Made by a program: the position numbers and the translations under genes
DNA from: Narcine bancroftii
Lineage: Eukaryota
DNA: 64,000 nucleotides
Assembly: GCF_036971445.1 (NCBI RefSeq)
Contig: NW_027211801.1
Coordinates: forward strand, 744,001 to 808,000
Reading direction: 5' to 3'
The notes under the pieces: generated by a model
Database searches by the model: none
Seen by the model: the letters and a program-made list of their open reading frames with translations, nothing else
Told to the model about the DNA's origin: nothing
In this document: piece after piece, positions 11,480 to 24,700 of the stretch
Numbering within the stretch: the stretch's first letter is position 1
Layout: every line of letters begins with the position of its first letter

Positions 11480-12780
11480 CGGACACTTCCAGCTTTCATC
11501 AAACCTATTGCTCCAATTTCCCTGCACTCATGTGCCCATTGAAGAGACCTTTAAATGTCCCTGTTGCACGAAGCTCGACCACCACTCTCGTTGGTCTTCC
11601 AGGCACTTAACTCTCTCAGTGCAACAAAACACATCTCAGATATCTCCCTGAATCTTCCACCACCCAAAATTGACCTTTACCGCCCATGTTAGAGGTTGCC
11701 TGTCCTCCCTAGTTCATCCAATCTACCTCTCGTTTTTAATCGCCCCAGGGAGAATGCTTACTTCATCAGACAAGTTCCCCAATCCCCACACGACCTCGTA
11801 AGTCTTCTCTGATCCCGATTTAATCTGTCCACCACCTTCCGATTGATTGTCACAATGGTCTGAGCGTTTCCTACCCACAGTGTTACCCAGCTGTAACATG
11901 GCCACGTGGCATTTGAAATCAAGCCCCCTATAATGAAGACCAGATCCCTCTTAAAGCATCCAGTCAATTTCCGCAGCTCGCATGAGAGATCCACGGACGT
12001 GCATTCCAAGATCACTTTTTTATTCGTGAGTTTGACGAAGAATCTGTCCATTAATCAGGCTCGCCGCTCTCTGTCCATCACACCCCTACATTCTCCTCAA
12101 ATTGCACCCCCCCCCCTCTTTAGTGCAAGATATCGATTTAAAAAAAACACCAAGAGCAGAGGTTCCACGAATGGATGCCCCCGAACCCTACTGGTACCCG
12201 AGCTCCAGGCAGAAGACTTCTCCTGCCCTCCACCTTCTTCAGTGAAGCACATACCACACTCCCGTCGCTGTCTATGGCAAGAAATCCACCCCCCCCCCCG
12301 CCCCCCGTGTTAGGGAATTAAGTCCTAACCTGTTTAAGTTCTCCCTGTAACTCGGTTCCTGATCCCGGCAACATCAGATCAAATCTTCTCTGGACTCTTT
12401 TCTATCTTATTGATATCTTTTCTCGAGTTTTCTGACCAACCCTGCACACATTTCTCCAATTTGGCCTCACCAATGTTTTGCCCAATTTTACTATAAGGTC
12501 CAACCCCTTAATACTTTGATCCCTGAAGGCCAATATGGCAAAAGCTTTCTTTCCAACCCCATCCAAAGTTGACGTTATGCATCTGTATTCCCAGATCCCT
12601 CTTTTCTCCGCCCTCCTCAATGTTCTCCCATTTATCCGTTCTGTCATTTCTCGATTTGCTCTTCCAAAATGTACACGTGTCTGCATTAAAGTCCATCAAC
12701 CCTTGTCCGTCCCTGTTTCCAGATGATCCATAGCCCTCTCCAAGCTTTGAACCCCGTCTCTGCTGTGTACAACGCCTCCA
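11480..12780 (-). mobile_element. Highly degenerate CR1 LINE fragments
   Basis: EKRDLGIQMH, KKAFAILAF and KTLVRPNW-type CR1 RT C-terminal motifs on the minus strand. Confidence 0.65.
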
Positions 12781-13379
12781 ATGGTGTTTTTAAAGGATAA
12801 GGTGGCCAGGGATGGAGGAGGCCATTTTCAGGTTGTCTTCGGGCACGAAGGGCAGCTGCCCAACAATCTTCTGACACAATGGCCTTTCTGAGCACATCAG
12901 GCGCCGTCATCCTGTGGCGGATCCCGGGTTCGTCCCAACCTATTTCAAACTAAACGCTCAGTTCCTCCTCCCCTTCTCGACATGTTTTGCATATTTGTTC
13001 CCTCGATAGAACTGACTCGTGTTTATCTTCTTTTTGTCACTGACGGGGAAATAAAAAAAAAACATTCTCTTTCTCCGTATTAACCCATGGAGATTGAGCT
13101 TATATCCCAGTCAGAAATGACAAGTTGGAGCATCATTGGGCAGCCTGAAATTGAGCAGCGCCGGGAGAGCCGAGGACTTCACACCTGCCAAGTGAACATC
13201 CCGTTTACGTTTCCACTTTTACCGAATATCTGCCATCTATCCGCTGGGCTTGTGCAGAGTTCGTGTCGCTTCCCGAATATCCCCATCCTTGTGGGCTAGT
13301 TCTGTGTCCGTCAGGGAGGGAGCCATCGATTCATGTCCCTGTGCTAGTCATTTCCTCGCCTGTCCTCGTCCTACCCTGA

Positions 13380-14260
13380 GGAACAGAGAACAATTCCTGC
13401 AACCTTGGCCATGATGCTCCGAAGGAGAACTTCAACAGCCTGGTTACCAGGTGAGGGCTAGAAAAACATACAGTTTGTATAAGCCAATGCTGGAGGAGAA
13501 TAGGGGCATTTCAGAGACATGGGGCTTTGGTTGGAAGTCCAAGGCTGAAGACTGGCCCATTGCCTGTTGCAGCGGCGGTGTAGCAGGCCGTTTCTTCGGC
13601 GGGTGCGGGCGGCCCATGAAGTGGGCGAGGACCCAACGGTTTGTCCTTTGGCTCCAGGGGGCGACACCCTCATCATTTTGGCCATAGAGACATCGGGGTC
13701 CTGATCAGAATTGGACAATTCACAGGTGATATATATTGTGATCTGCTTTTCACAATGGGGTCTGGTCACTGGTCCTTTTTATGGAGGAGGGACTGGGCTG
13801 TTTAGCAGCAGATAGAGTCCCAACAGGTTCCTCGATAAGGTCCCTAACAGCAGAAATGGAAGGTTGGTGCACAACCATCTGGAAAGCAGCAGCAATTCTT
13901 TTCATGAATTTGTTTAACTCTTCAGATTTTCAATTGATTTTTGCAAATAATATTTTGGGCCAAGGATGGGGTAGGTGCATTAGGGAACTCAGACAACTCG
14001 GAGACTGCTGGCCCTTCACATTCTTTGGAAGGTTCTTTTCCTTTATCTCCATCCATCCATATCTGGAAACAATGAGAATCCCATGGAAGGTCAGTCTCCC
14101 CATCTCAAAGTTCATCCCAAAAGTTGGAATTTCTTTTTGGCTGCAAGATTCGGTGATGGTGCTGGAGACCACTCCTGCAGGTCGCTGGTCCAGAATCTTC
14201 CCTCTAACCATGACCGGTTTCTCTAAGGCCACTCTTCATAAGGAAAATCTAATCTCCCAC
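13380..14260 (-). mobile_element. Possible class I (gamma/epsilon-like) ERV gag relic
   Basis: Frameshifted YEEWP*RNRSWLEGRFWTSDLQ and CFQIW resemble matrix EWP..GWP.EG.F; a Pro-rich middle; ASWPRLQELFSV resembles capsid PTWDDCQQLL. Confidence 0.35.
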
Positions 14261-14261
14261 T

Positions 14262-17200
14262 TTTACGAGCCCAAAGGACACCAAACCCCAGCATCAACAG
14301 ACATTCACCAAGACAAGTAGTTACTTAAGTATCTTTAAACGTGAAAACAGAATCAAACTTTAACTTATCTATATTAACTGAACTAACCTTAACTCCCTTC
14401 TAATTCTAAGCACACGTGTATGTAATGTGTGTGTTGTGGCGGTGTGACCAGTGAAAGAAACACAGCCACCACGTTGAGGGTTGTTAACGACAATTTTTAT
14501 CGAAATTCAGTGTGCCCCTTTAAGGGCAGCATGAGCTCAGTCACCTGGTGAATTGTGACATCATAATCGCTGCCCAGGGCGTGCACTGGAAGGGATGCTG
14601 GAGTCAGAAAGAAACCTCTGATGATGCCATTTCCCCATGGCTGCCCTGTCACATGGTGATACAAGTGGGGCTGGTTCACCATGAGGAAGTGGACCACCAC
14701 ACAACCCCCCCTCCCACAGAACCAGCTACACATCCTGTTGCTTTGGCGGCCGGCACTGGTGGTGATGTCCAGATGGGCCGACTTCAGGCAGTCCACCATA
14801 AAAAGTTTCTCTCCCTCCAATGTCCAGGGTGAAGATTCCACCGGACCGGTGCAAGACTTTGTATGGCCCCTTGTACGGTCACTGTAGCGGTGCACCTTGT
14901 GGTCCCCTATGCATGAAAATGAATTGGGCCAAGTAAACTCTTTGGGGAGATGAAATGGCCTGGTGCCATGGCGTGCCGGGGGTGGGAGAGCTAGGAGTAG
15001 GTCCGCCAGCAAGTTTTTGTCTGTAGCCATGGTGTGAGGGTCTGGGCTAAAAAACTCACCTGGCAGGGAAAGCGGTGTGCCATAGACCATCTCTGTTGCT
15101 GAAGCATGCAGGTTCTCCTTGGGTGCCATCCTAATCATGAGGAGGACCCAGGGTAGTTTGTCTGCCCAGTCTGGTCCAGAGAGCCTGGCCATAAGCAATA
15201 CCTTCAAGTGCCTGTGGAACCTCTCCACCAACCCGTTGGACTGTGGGTGGTATGCTGTGGTGTGGTGGAGCTTGACCCCCGCCCCCCCCCAGCAGCTTTG
15301 CCATCTGAGTCCATAGGGCAGACATGAACTGTGTCTCTCTGTCATTAGTGATGTGTTCTGGAACTACAAAATGGGTGATCCATTGGCTGACCAGAGTCAT
15401 GGTACAGGTCTCTGCAGAGGCCTCCTTAATCAGTATGGCCTCTGGCCACCTTGTGCCTGATCCACCTCCGTGAGGAGGTAATGAGCCTCTTTGAACACCG
15501 GCAGTGGCCTGATGACATCAAAGTGGATCTGTTAGAATCTGCGAACTACTGGGTCGAAGTTCTGGATGGGGGCTCACGTGTGTTGCTGGACCTTGGAGGT
15601 CTGGCACCTGGTATAGTTGCTGGTCAGTTCTATAACCTCCTTCTTCAGCCCGTGCTACACAAATCACTCCGCGACCATCTACACAGTTATCTTTACCGCT
15701 GGGTGAGCGAGGTAATGGATCAGACTGAAGAGCTTCGCCCTCTAATATGGTGGGACCACCAGGCACGCTGTGCCTGTTGAGATGTCGCAAAGCAATGTGT
15801 CGAGGCTGCTGGGCACCCTGACATGCTTGAGTTTGAGGCCTCAGATGGTGGTCTGCAAGACCTGCATCTTCACATCATTCCTCTGTGCCTGAGCCAGTTG
15901 CTCATAATCCAGGCCAGGTGCGACAGTGTTGATGGCTCAATGGGAGAGCGCATCCGCCACTACATTGTCCTTTCCGGCCCTGTGTCGGATGTTGGTCGTG
16001 AACTCAGACACGTGCGAGAGGTGGTGCTGATGTCTGGTGGACCAAGGATTCTTGTTCATCACCAGTGGTTGAGTAAGGGGCTTGTGATCCATGAAGCCGT
16101 GTGCACCTCCAGCCGTGGGTACACAAGCAGTGTGGTGCTGGATAGAGCCTACTTTGTTGCAATGAAAGCCCTGTCCACCTCCTCTGACCATGATAAAGTC
16201 TTTTCTTTGGTGGCCATGAGCACAAAGAATGGGTGCATGGTGCGCGTAGCTCTGGGGATGAAACAATGGTAAAGTTCACCATTCCCATGAACTCTTGGAG
16301 GCCTTTCAGGGTGGAGGGTTTGGGGAATCATTGAATAGCTGCTACCTTTTCCAGCGCCAGTGCAGCCCTAGCTGCCGAAATGGTGTGCCCCAGGAACTGG
16401 AGGGACTCCTTGCCACACTGGCATTTGGCTGCGTTGTCCGTGAGGCCAAAGTCCGCCAGCCAGGCAAAGAGTGTGTATAGGTGGGCTTTGTCTTCGTCAT
16501 GGTTGCGACTGGCAATCAGAATATGAACACAAAGTCCAAGTCTTTTCCAACCACGTCCAATAGGCGCTGGAACATTTGGGCCACCTCCTTTAGACCAAAG
16601 GGCATATGCAGGAACTCAAAGAGGCCAAAAAGGGTGATAATGGCCATTTTACCCATGTTGTCTGGATGCACCGGGATCTGATGCTATCCCCACACGAGGT
16701 CCACATTGGAGAAGACCCGTGAGCTGTGGAGGTTGACGGAGAAGTCCTGTATGTGGGGCAATGGGTACCTGTCGGTGTTGGTTGCATCATTCAGCCGATG
16801 ATAGTCCCTGCATGGTCTTCAGCCCCCGGATGATTTCAGGACCATATGGAGTGGTGATGGCTCTGTCCGAGCACCAGACGATTCCCAGATCCTGGAGCCT
16901 GGAGAACTCCTCCTATGCCTGCTGGAGCTTCTCGGGTGGCAGCCATCTGGGTCTAGCGTGCAGTGGGGGCCCTGTGTGGCGATGTGGTCGAAAACCCCAA
17001 GCTGGGGCAGGGCAGCATTGAACCATGGCTCTAAGATGGTGAGGAATTCGTGGAAGATCTCACTGAACTCATTCCTGGCGGTGGCTATGGTGGCAATTTC
17101 AGGCCTCTGCTGTGTCTAGTCAGGTGGAGTCGAATGTTCGAACATTGACCAACATTTTACCCTTCATGTCAACCAGTAGGCCATGAACTCTGAGTCCCTA

Positions 17201-18931
17201 ACAGCACGGTATCCACAGAGGCAAGGACAAAGCTCCAGTGGAACATCTCCTTCCCGATCCGGATCTGTGCCCTGCAGGTGCTATTGGTCCTGATGGTGTA
17301 GCCGTTGGACCCGCAGGATTGGACCTCAAGATCGGGTGCGAGTCTCTAATGCTGTAGGGGGAAAGATGCTGAGCTCAGTCCCTGTGTCCACCAGGAATTG
17401 GGGCCGGTAGATCTGTCCATCACATGAAGGAGGCTGTTTGTGTGGCCAGACATTGCAGCCATCAACAGTGGCTGGCCTGGTCATTACCCTAAAACCCGCA
17501 GTGCTGGCGGCACTTATGGGTTTGTGCTCCCCGGCGCTGGCGGTAGAAACACCATGTCGATTGGTTCTACTCTGGCTTGGTCTTGGGAGTGGCTTGCAGT
17601 TGGCTGGCTCCTGCTCATGCCACCTGGTTGAGAGCTTCCTTGTTCTCCCTCTTCGTGCGCCAGAGAGCATCTGCACAGGCTGCTGCTTTCCTTGGGTTCG
17701 AGAATTCGTCATCTGTGAGGAGCAGCTGGATGTCCTCCAGCATCTGTTCCAGGAATATCTGACAGAAGAGAAAATGAGGCTTGTGGTCTTCTGCCAGGGC
17801 CAGCATTTTGTCCATAAGTGCTGACGGACTACAGTCCCCAAGCCCATCTAGGTGAAAGAACCTGGAAGCACGTTGCTGGGGAGTTACCCAAAAGATCCAA
17901 GCAGCAGGTCTTTGAGGGCAATGCAATTGCCACATACTTGGATGATGTCATCCACCCTCGCTGCCGTATCTTGGTCCAGAGCACTCACGACATGATGAAA
18001 CATCATGGTGTCTGAGGAAATGTTGCGGAGTTGAAATTGTCTTTCTACCTGCCTGAACTACATTCTCAGCTGGTGGGTGGAAAAGGGGGGGAAGCTTGAT
18101 GGAGACAGTGTTAACCACTGCTGAATCCATGGTGTTTTGTGTCCAGCAAAACGTCTAGGCTCGTCGGGGTCACAACTTTGGCATGTGAGCAGTGGAAGAA
18201 ACTCAGCCGCCACATTGAGGATCATTAACGACAGTTTTTATTCACATTCAGTGCGCCCCTATAGGAGCAGCATGAGCTCAGTCACCTGGTGCATTGTGAC
18301 ATCATCATCACAGCCCAGGGCACATGCTGGAAGGGATGCAGGAGTCAGAGAGAAACCTGTGATGATGCCATTTCTCCATTGCTTCCCCACCACATCGCGA
18401 TACAGGCAGGGCTGATTCGTCATGAGGGTGTGCACCTCCACAGTGTAAATTTAAGGAAAGTTCTTTAGTTCACAGTTCATTCTCACTTCTCATTCTTCCA
18501 CGTTCACTCATTGCAGGCTATTCTTAGATTGTGCACAGAATTTAACATGTATAAAGTTCACCAGGCTTTGGTGCTTGAAAGGTAAAGGTTTACCACTCAG
18601 GAAGGCTCTTGTAGGGTTTGGAGAGAGAGATTTGTTGTTTCAGGATTTCCACAACTGAGGTACCACCATTAGTCACCTCAATGTCTTGCTGATGAATCTT
18701 GTCCAATCAGGGTTCTCCAGATGATAACCTGCTTCTTTCAGGATACCACAGAGTTCCTTTCTGTTCCACTTATTCCAAGAGAAACATCAGATAGCACTTC
18801 CAGCCATCTGCCACAATGGAGCTTTATTTCCAACAAGCACCTCCTGGCTTGCATTGTTCAGCTGCTTTCAGTGTTACATACACTCACTAAGAGAGCTTGT
18901 TTTCCCTCTCCCCCCCCCACTCTCTCTCTCT

Positions 18932-18964
<33 letters not shown>

Positions 18965-20775
18965 CAAATGAGACTGCTAGAAAGCCCATATGACTCACTC
19001 ACTTGCAAAAACCTCCACCTTCCTCATCAAACAACAGGAGTTATCCTTCTTGGTCAAGCTGTTGTCTTAGGTAAACAAAATCCAGGAGTGACCTTTCTGT
19101 GAGCACTTTGTAGAAAGGTCAGAAGCCTTGTAGTTATTCATAGTTATTCATCCAGCCAGGCTGTATCCAATCCAAATTCATTTAATGGCATAATTCAATT
19201 AGCACCTATTTGTGAAATGTGCACAACATTCTCCATAGTTTCTGCAATGTTACTGAAGATGAATTCTTCATTATTTCAATAAGATCTGTATTTAATGTGT
19301 GTATGTATGTAACCTACTCTAATCTTCAATATTTATCTACTCCATTACACTCCCCCTCCTTTAAAGTTATTTTAACTGTTAAAATTCAGTAATAACTAAA
19401 CTCTCTTTAAAATCACTAAAAATATAACAATTAACAATATATACATGTTATAATAAGGTAACAATGTTGAAAGCATTTTTATACATGATCAATTTTAACA
19501 TCTTGACAAACAATCTTCTGATATGAATAATTTGCAGATTATATTATTGTAATATCAAACTCCAGTTTAACAATCTTCTCTTCTTGTTCTTCATTTTATT
19601 CAAAAACACCAGAGAATTGTGGTCAGTAAATACTACAAATGGTTCCTGAGAGATACTGAGATACACATCAAAATTCTGCAGAGCAAACACAATGGACAAC
19701 AGTTCTTTTTCAATAGTGGAATAGTTCATTTGATGAACATTGAATTTCTTTGAAAAGTAGGCAACTGGATGTTCAATTTCATTATGTTTTTGCAATAAAA
19801 CTGAACCTGCTGTTCCCTCACTCATGACCACTGCTATAGAAAGAGGTTCATCAATATCAGGAGATGTAACACAGGATAATGGCATAACATATCCTATTAA
19901 TTTTCTAAATCTGTCTGACACACTTTAGTCCACACAAATTTCTCCCCTTTCATCAAAAGGTTGGCTCGTCAAAAGGAAGAGCAACCTCAGCAAAATTTCT
20001 GCAAAACTTCCTATAATATCCTGCCATTCCTAAAATCCTTCTCACTGCTTTCTTGACATTGGGAAAAGGAACCTCAGAAATTGCATTCACCTTAGCTTGA
20101 ATAGGTGCAGCTTTGCCACAGCCAACTCCATCATCCAAGTATGTTACCATGGCATTTGCAAATTAATTCTTTGCTAAATTAACAGTTAAGTTTGCTTTGG
20201 ATAATCTTGGAAACAATTTGTCCAATTCCTTCAAATGTTCTTCCCATGTGTCACTTTTTGTGACCAAATCATCAATATAAACATCTATATGTGTTAACCT
20301 TTGGATTACTGAATTAATCATCCTCTAGAATGTTGCAGAGGCATTTTTCACGCCAAAAGGTAACACATTATACTTATATAAACCAGATGGAGTAATGAAA
20401 GCTGAAAAATTCTTTCCTCTCTCAGTTAAACGCACACACCAGAAACCAACTCATGAGCTTTCAGTCCTGCTGGTCGAACAGTATCATAATTTGACACTTG
20501 CTTTGTAGTCAATCTACAGGAAGCAATTTGTGCTTTACCCTCCAATACACTTTGGATCATTAAGGACCATTTTTTTCTTTCGACCATCTTGAGCTGTCGG
20601 CGACCTTTAAAAAAGCTGAAAATAAGTATCTATATCTCCCTCATCAAAAGGAGGCACTAGATTGACCTCTCTTCTCGCCAAAAACCTCTCCCCAGGAGTT
20701 ACAGCTTCAGCTTTCTCACATTTAATCCTCTCGACTTTAACCTGTCTTTCAGCTAATTCTAACTCACATATCCTC
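14262..20775 (-). mobile_element. Gmr1-like Gypsy element copy A: 3' LTR (14262-19349, split by a nested element), PPT, RNase H/RT, internally deleted to gag
   Basis: The LTR matches the LTR at 32191; PPT aaaggagggggag at ~19350-19362; HPVAYFSKKF, YSTIEKELL and FTDHNSL lie directly before the 3' LTR with no integrase between; gag piece 20450-20775 matches 31350-31600. Confidence 0.85.
14435..18442 (-). mobile_element. Full-length degenerate Gypsy element nested in the LTR of Gmr1-like copy A
   Basis: Paired ~270 bp LTRs (14435-14703, 18177-18442), GTGT target-site duplication, tRNA-Trp-like PBS (tgtgaccccgacg), PPT, gag, protease FLVDTG, RT, RNase H (DNVVADALS), integrase TTAYHPQSNGLVERFHR. 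Confidence 0.93.
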
Positions 20776-21508
20776 TGTGACCGGGTCGCCCAACTTCCGC
20801 CCCCAGCTCCCCCAAACCTTCCACCACACAGGAGACGGAATCCCTATTCCCAGCTTCCGGTGTGTGTCCCGCTTAAATGTGACCGGGTCGCCCAACTTCC
20901 ACCCCCAGCTCCCCCAAACCTTCCACCCCGCAGGAGACAGAATCCCTATTCCTAGCTTCCGGTGTGTGTCCCGCTTAAATGTGACCGGGTCGCCCAACTT
21001 CCGCCCCCAGCACCCCCAAACCTTCCACCCCACAGGAGACAGAATCCCTATTCCCAGTTTCCGGTGTGTGTCCCGCTTAAATGTGACCAGTCGCCCAACT
21101 TCCACCCCCAGCTCCCCCAAACCTTCCACCCCACAGGAGACGGAATCCGTTTTCCCAGCTTCCGGTGTGTGTCCCGCTTAAATGTGACCGGGTCGCCCAA
21201 CTTCCACCCCCAGCTCCCCCAAAACTTCCACCCCACAGGAGACAGAATCCCTATTCCCAGTTTCCGGTGTGTGTCCCACTTAAATGTAACCAGGTCGCCC
21301 AACTTCCACCCCCAGCTCCCCCAAACCTTCCACCCCACAGGAGACAGAATCACTATTCCCAGCTTCCGGTATGTGTCCCACTTAAATGTGATCGGGTCGC
21401 CCAACTTCCATCCCCAGCTCCCCCAAACCTTCTGCCCCACAGGAGACAGAATCACTATTCCCAGCTTCCGGTGTGTGTCCCACTTAAATGTGACCGGGTC
21501 ACCCAACA
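20776..21508. repeat. 102-bp minisatellite, 7 full units plus a partial unit
   Basis: Units start at 20776, 20878, 20980, 21082, 21183, 21285, 21387 and 21489 with tgtgaccgggtcgcccaacttcc. Confidence 0.97.
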
Positions 21509-21719
21509 TCCCCCCCCCCCCCTCAGCTCGTCCTGCAGGAAACGTGATCCACCTTCCCACTCCTGGCTCGTCCTGTGGTGATTCCGGTGCAGAATTCACT
21601 GCAAAGACCGGCTGCGGATTCTGTCCGCTGGCTTTGCCTTCTCTTAAATAATTCTGGCCACAATCTTCCTCTTGCCCTTCTCTAGCTGCCTCCCCCACCC
21701 ACTTCCCTTCCCCCAGTTG

Positions 21720-24700
21720 GAGAAGATCTTACTGAACCCTTTGCCCCATCTCACCACCTTCAGGGTGAACAAATTAGTCACTATCTCAGAGGATCTTTCC
21801 TGTCCCAGCACACAAATGGCATCATGAAGGAAGCACATCAGCTCCCCTACTTCCTCAGGAGTTTGCGGAGCTTTGGTACGACACCAGAAACCCTGGCATA
21901 TTTCTACAGAGGTACGGAAGAAAGTGTTTACCAGCAGCAACATGGTCTGGTACGGGGACACCGATATCCCTGAGTCCTTGAAAAGATAACGGACACCGCC
22001 CAGGACATCCCAGGTGAAACCCTTCTCACAATGAGAAGATCTACCAGAGAGCAGTAGTAATCATCAAGGATCCAAACCACCCAGCACATGGAAATCTGCC
22101 TTGCCCACAGGAAAAAGAATCTCAGAATTTTCTGAGACTTTGTATATGTACTCTGACAATAAATCTGCATCTCCCAACAGCCACCTATTTCAATTACCTG
22201 CCCCATTCCATTGCTGTCATATCTGTCCATGGTCTCATGTACTGCCAGACTGAGACCACTCAAATATTGGAGGAACAACACCTCATCTTCTGCCCGGCTC
22301 TGGGCACCTTTCATTACCATCGACCTCTCTGGTTTCTGTTCAAATCTGACCCCACATCCTCATCTTCTTCTCCCTAACTCCTCTCTCTCTTTCTCTCTGT
22401 CTCTCTCGCTTTCTCTGTGTACCAATTTCTCTGGTTTCCGTTACCCGTCCCCTCCTCCTTCTCCATCACCTTTCTTCCACCTCTGTTTGTGTCTCTCTCT
22501 TCCCTCTGCCTCCTTTAACATTGCAAATATCAGTTCTCAACTTTCCTCATATCCAAGTAACTCCTCCCCCTCCCATTTCCGCCTCCTCCTTTCCTTGGTC
22601 TGTCTAAGTGTCTGTAGAATGCCCCCTATTGTACCAGCCTCAACCACCACCCCAGGTACCTATTTCTGATTTTTAAAAAACTTTCCTCCCCTCACCTTGT
22701 ACAGATGTACTCTGGTACTTGCTATTGTCACCCCAGCTGTTGGCTGTCCACCCCTATCTCTGCCTCCCATAATCTTGTAGAGCTTGCTGAAGCCACCTCT
22801 CATCGTTTGTGGCTCCTAAGAGAAAGGTTTTCAGCTCTGTCAACCTTGCTACATGAGATCAGACTACATCCTGGTCAATCTCTGCACCCTCTCCAAAAGC
22901 ATCTACATCCTTCCTGTCACAAGATGAGCAGAACCATATGCAATATTCCAAGTGGTGTCTCACCAGAGTTTTGTAGAGCTGCAACATTTGCCCCACACGT
23001 GTTGAACTTAGTACTTGAAGATTTGTGTTCTGTTTTGGTTGCCTCATTAAGGGAAGGATGTGGAAGCTTTGGAGAAGATGCAGAGTAGATTTACCTGGAT
23101 GTTTTGTGAGGCAAGGTTAGTAGAGATAGGGCTTTTCTCTTTTGAGTGAAGTTACATGGGAGAATCCAGGGAATAGTGGTGAATGATGGCTTCACATACT
23201 GTGACTAGTGGTATGTCCCAAGGATCAATAATATGGATGATAATGTGGTAAATTGGATCAGCAAATCTGCAGATAACACTAAGATTGGAGATGTTGTGAA
23301 GAAGGTTTTCAAAGTTGGCAGAGGAATCTGGACCAGCTGGAAAAATGGGTGATGGAATTTAATGGAGAGAAGTGTGAGGTGCTGCATTGAGACGGATAAT
23401 CCAAGAAAGGGCAAACATGGTAAATGGTAGAACAGGGGGATTTGGGAGTACAGATACATAATTCCCTGAAAATGGCATTACTGGTGGATAGGGTTGTAGG
23501 GTGGAGCACATTGGCCTTCATAAATCAAAATATTGAGTATAGGTATTAGGATGTTATGGTAAGATTGTATAAGACCTTGATGAAGGCACATTTAGAGGAA
23601 TATGGGCAGTTTTGTCCACCTAACTACAGGAAAAATATAAATAAGATTGAAAGAGACGATTTTTAAGGATGTTACCCAGTCCACGAATAGAGATATAAGG
23701 AAATGCTAAACAGGTTAGGACTTATTCGCTGGAGCATGGAAGATTGTGGAGATTTGATGGAGGTTTTTAAAATTATGAAGGGGATAGACTGAGGGTACGT
23801 GAGATACAAACTAGAAAACATGGATTAAGGTTGAAAAGGAAAAGGCTTAGAGAGAAAATTAGGGGGTGGTGATGGGGGAAACTTCCTCACACAGAGAGTG
23901 GTGGAGGTCTGGAACAAGCTACCAGCTGAAGTGGTGAATGTGGAGTCAATTTTAACATTGACAGGTACATGGATGGGAGAGGTATGGAGAGTTATGTACT
24001 GGGTGCAGGTCAGTGGAACAAGGGAGAATAATAGTTGGGCCCGGACTAGAGAGGCTGAAGGCCTTTTTCTATGCTGTAATGTTCTATGGCTCTAGGCCTA
24101 CAAGATTATGGGAGGCACAGATAGGGTGGACAGCCAGCACTTTTTCCCCAAACACCAGAGGACATCTGTACAAGGTAAGGGGAGGAACATTTAGCGGAGA
24201 TGTCAAGGGTAAGTGCATTTTTTTTGCTAGATTTAGTTTTATTGTCAGAGTATATACATGACATCATATACAAACCTAAGATTTCTTTTCCTGTGGGTAT
24301 GGCAGAACAACCATTAATGGATAGTGCAAAAAAATACAGTTCACAATGTATACAGATAAAGAATGGTAAACAATAAAGAATGTAAACAAACTGAAAAAGA
24401 AAATTAATAAAGTGTGCAAGTAAGAGTCCTTAAATGAGTCTCTGAGTTTGTTGTTGAGGAGTCTGATGATGGAGGGGGAGCAGCTGTTCCTGAACTTGGT
24501 AGGTGCGAGTCTTGTACCTCTTTCCTGATGGCAGCAGTGAGAACAGAGTAATGTGGGTCCTTGATGCTACTGCTCTCCGACAGCAATGTTCCCTGTAGAT
24601 GTACTCAATAGTGGGGAGGGCTTTGCCTGAGATGCCCTGGGCTGTGCCCACTACATTTTGGAGGGCTTTATGCTCAGATGTATTGGTGTTCCCATTCCAG

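Noticed and set aside
20776-21508. CRISPR-like array or repeat-protein gene (ORFs of 216-229 aa)
   Set aside because: Units are contiguous with no unique spacers, the context is eukaryotic, and the ORFs arise from a stop-poor 102-bp unit.
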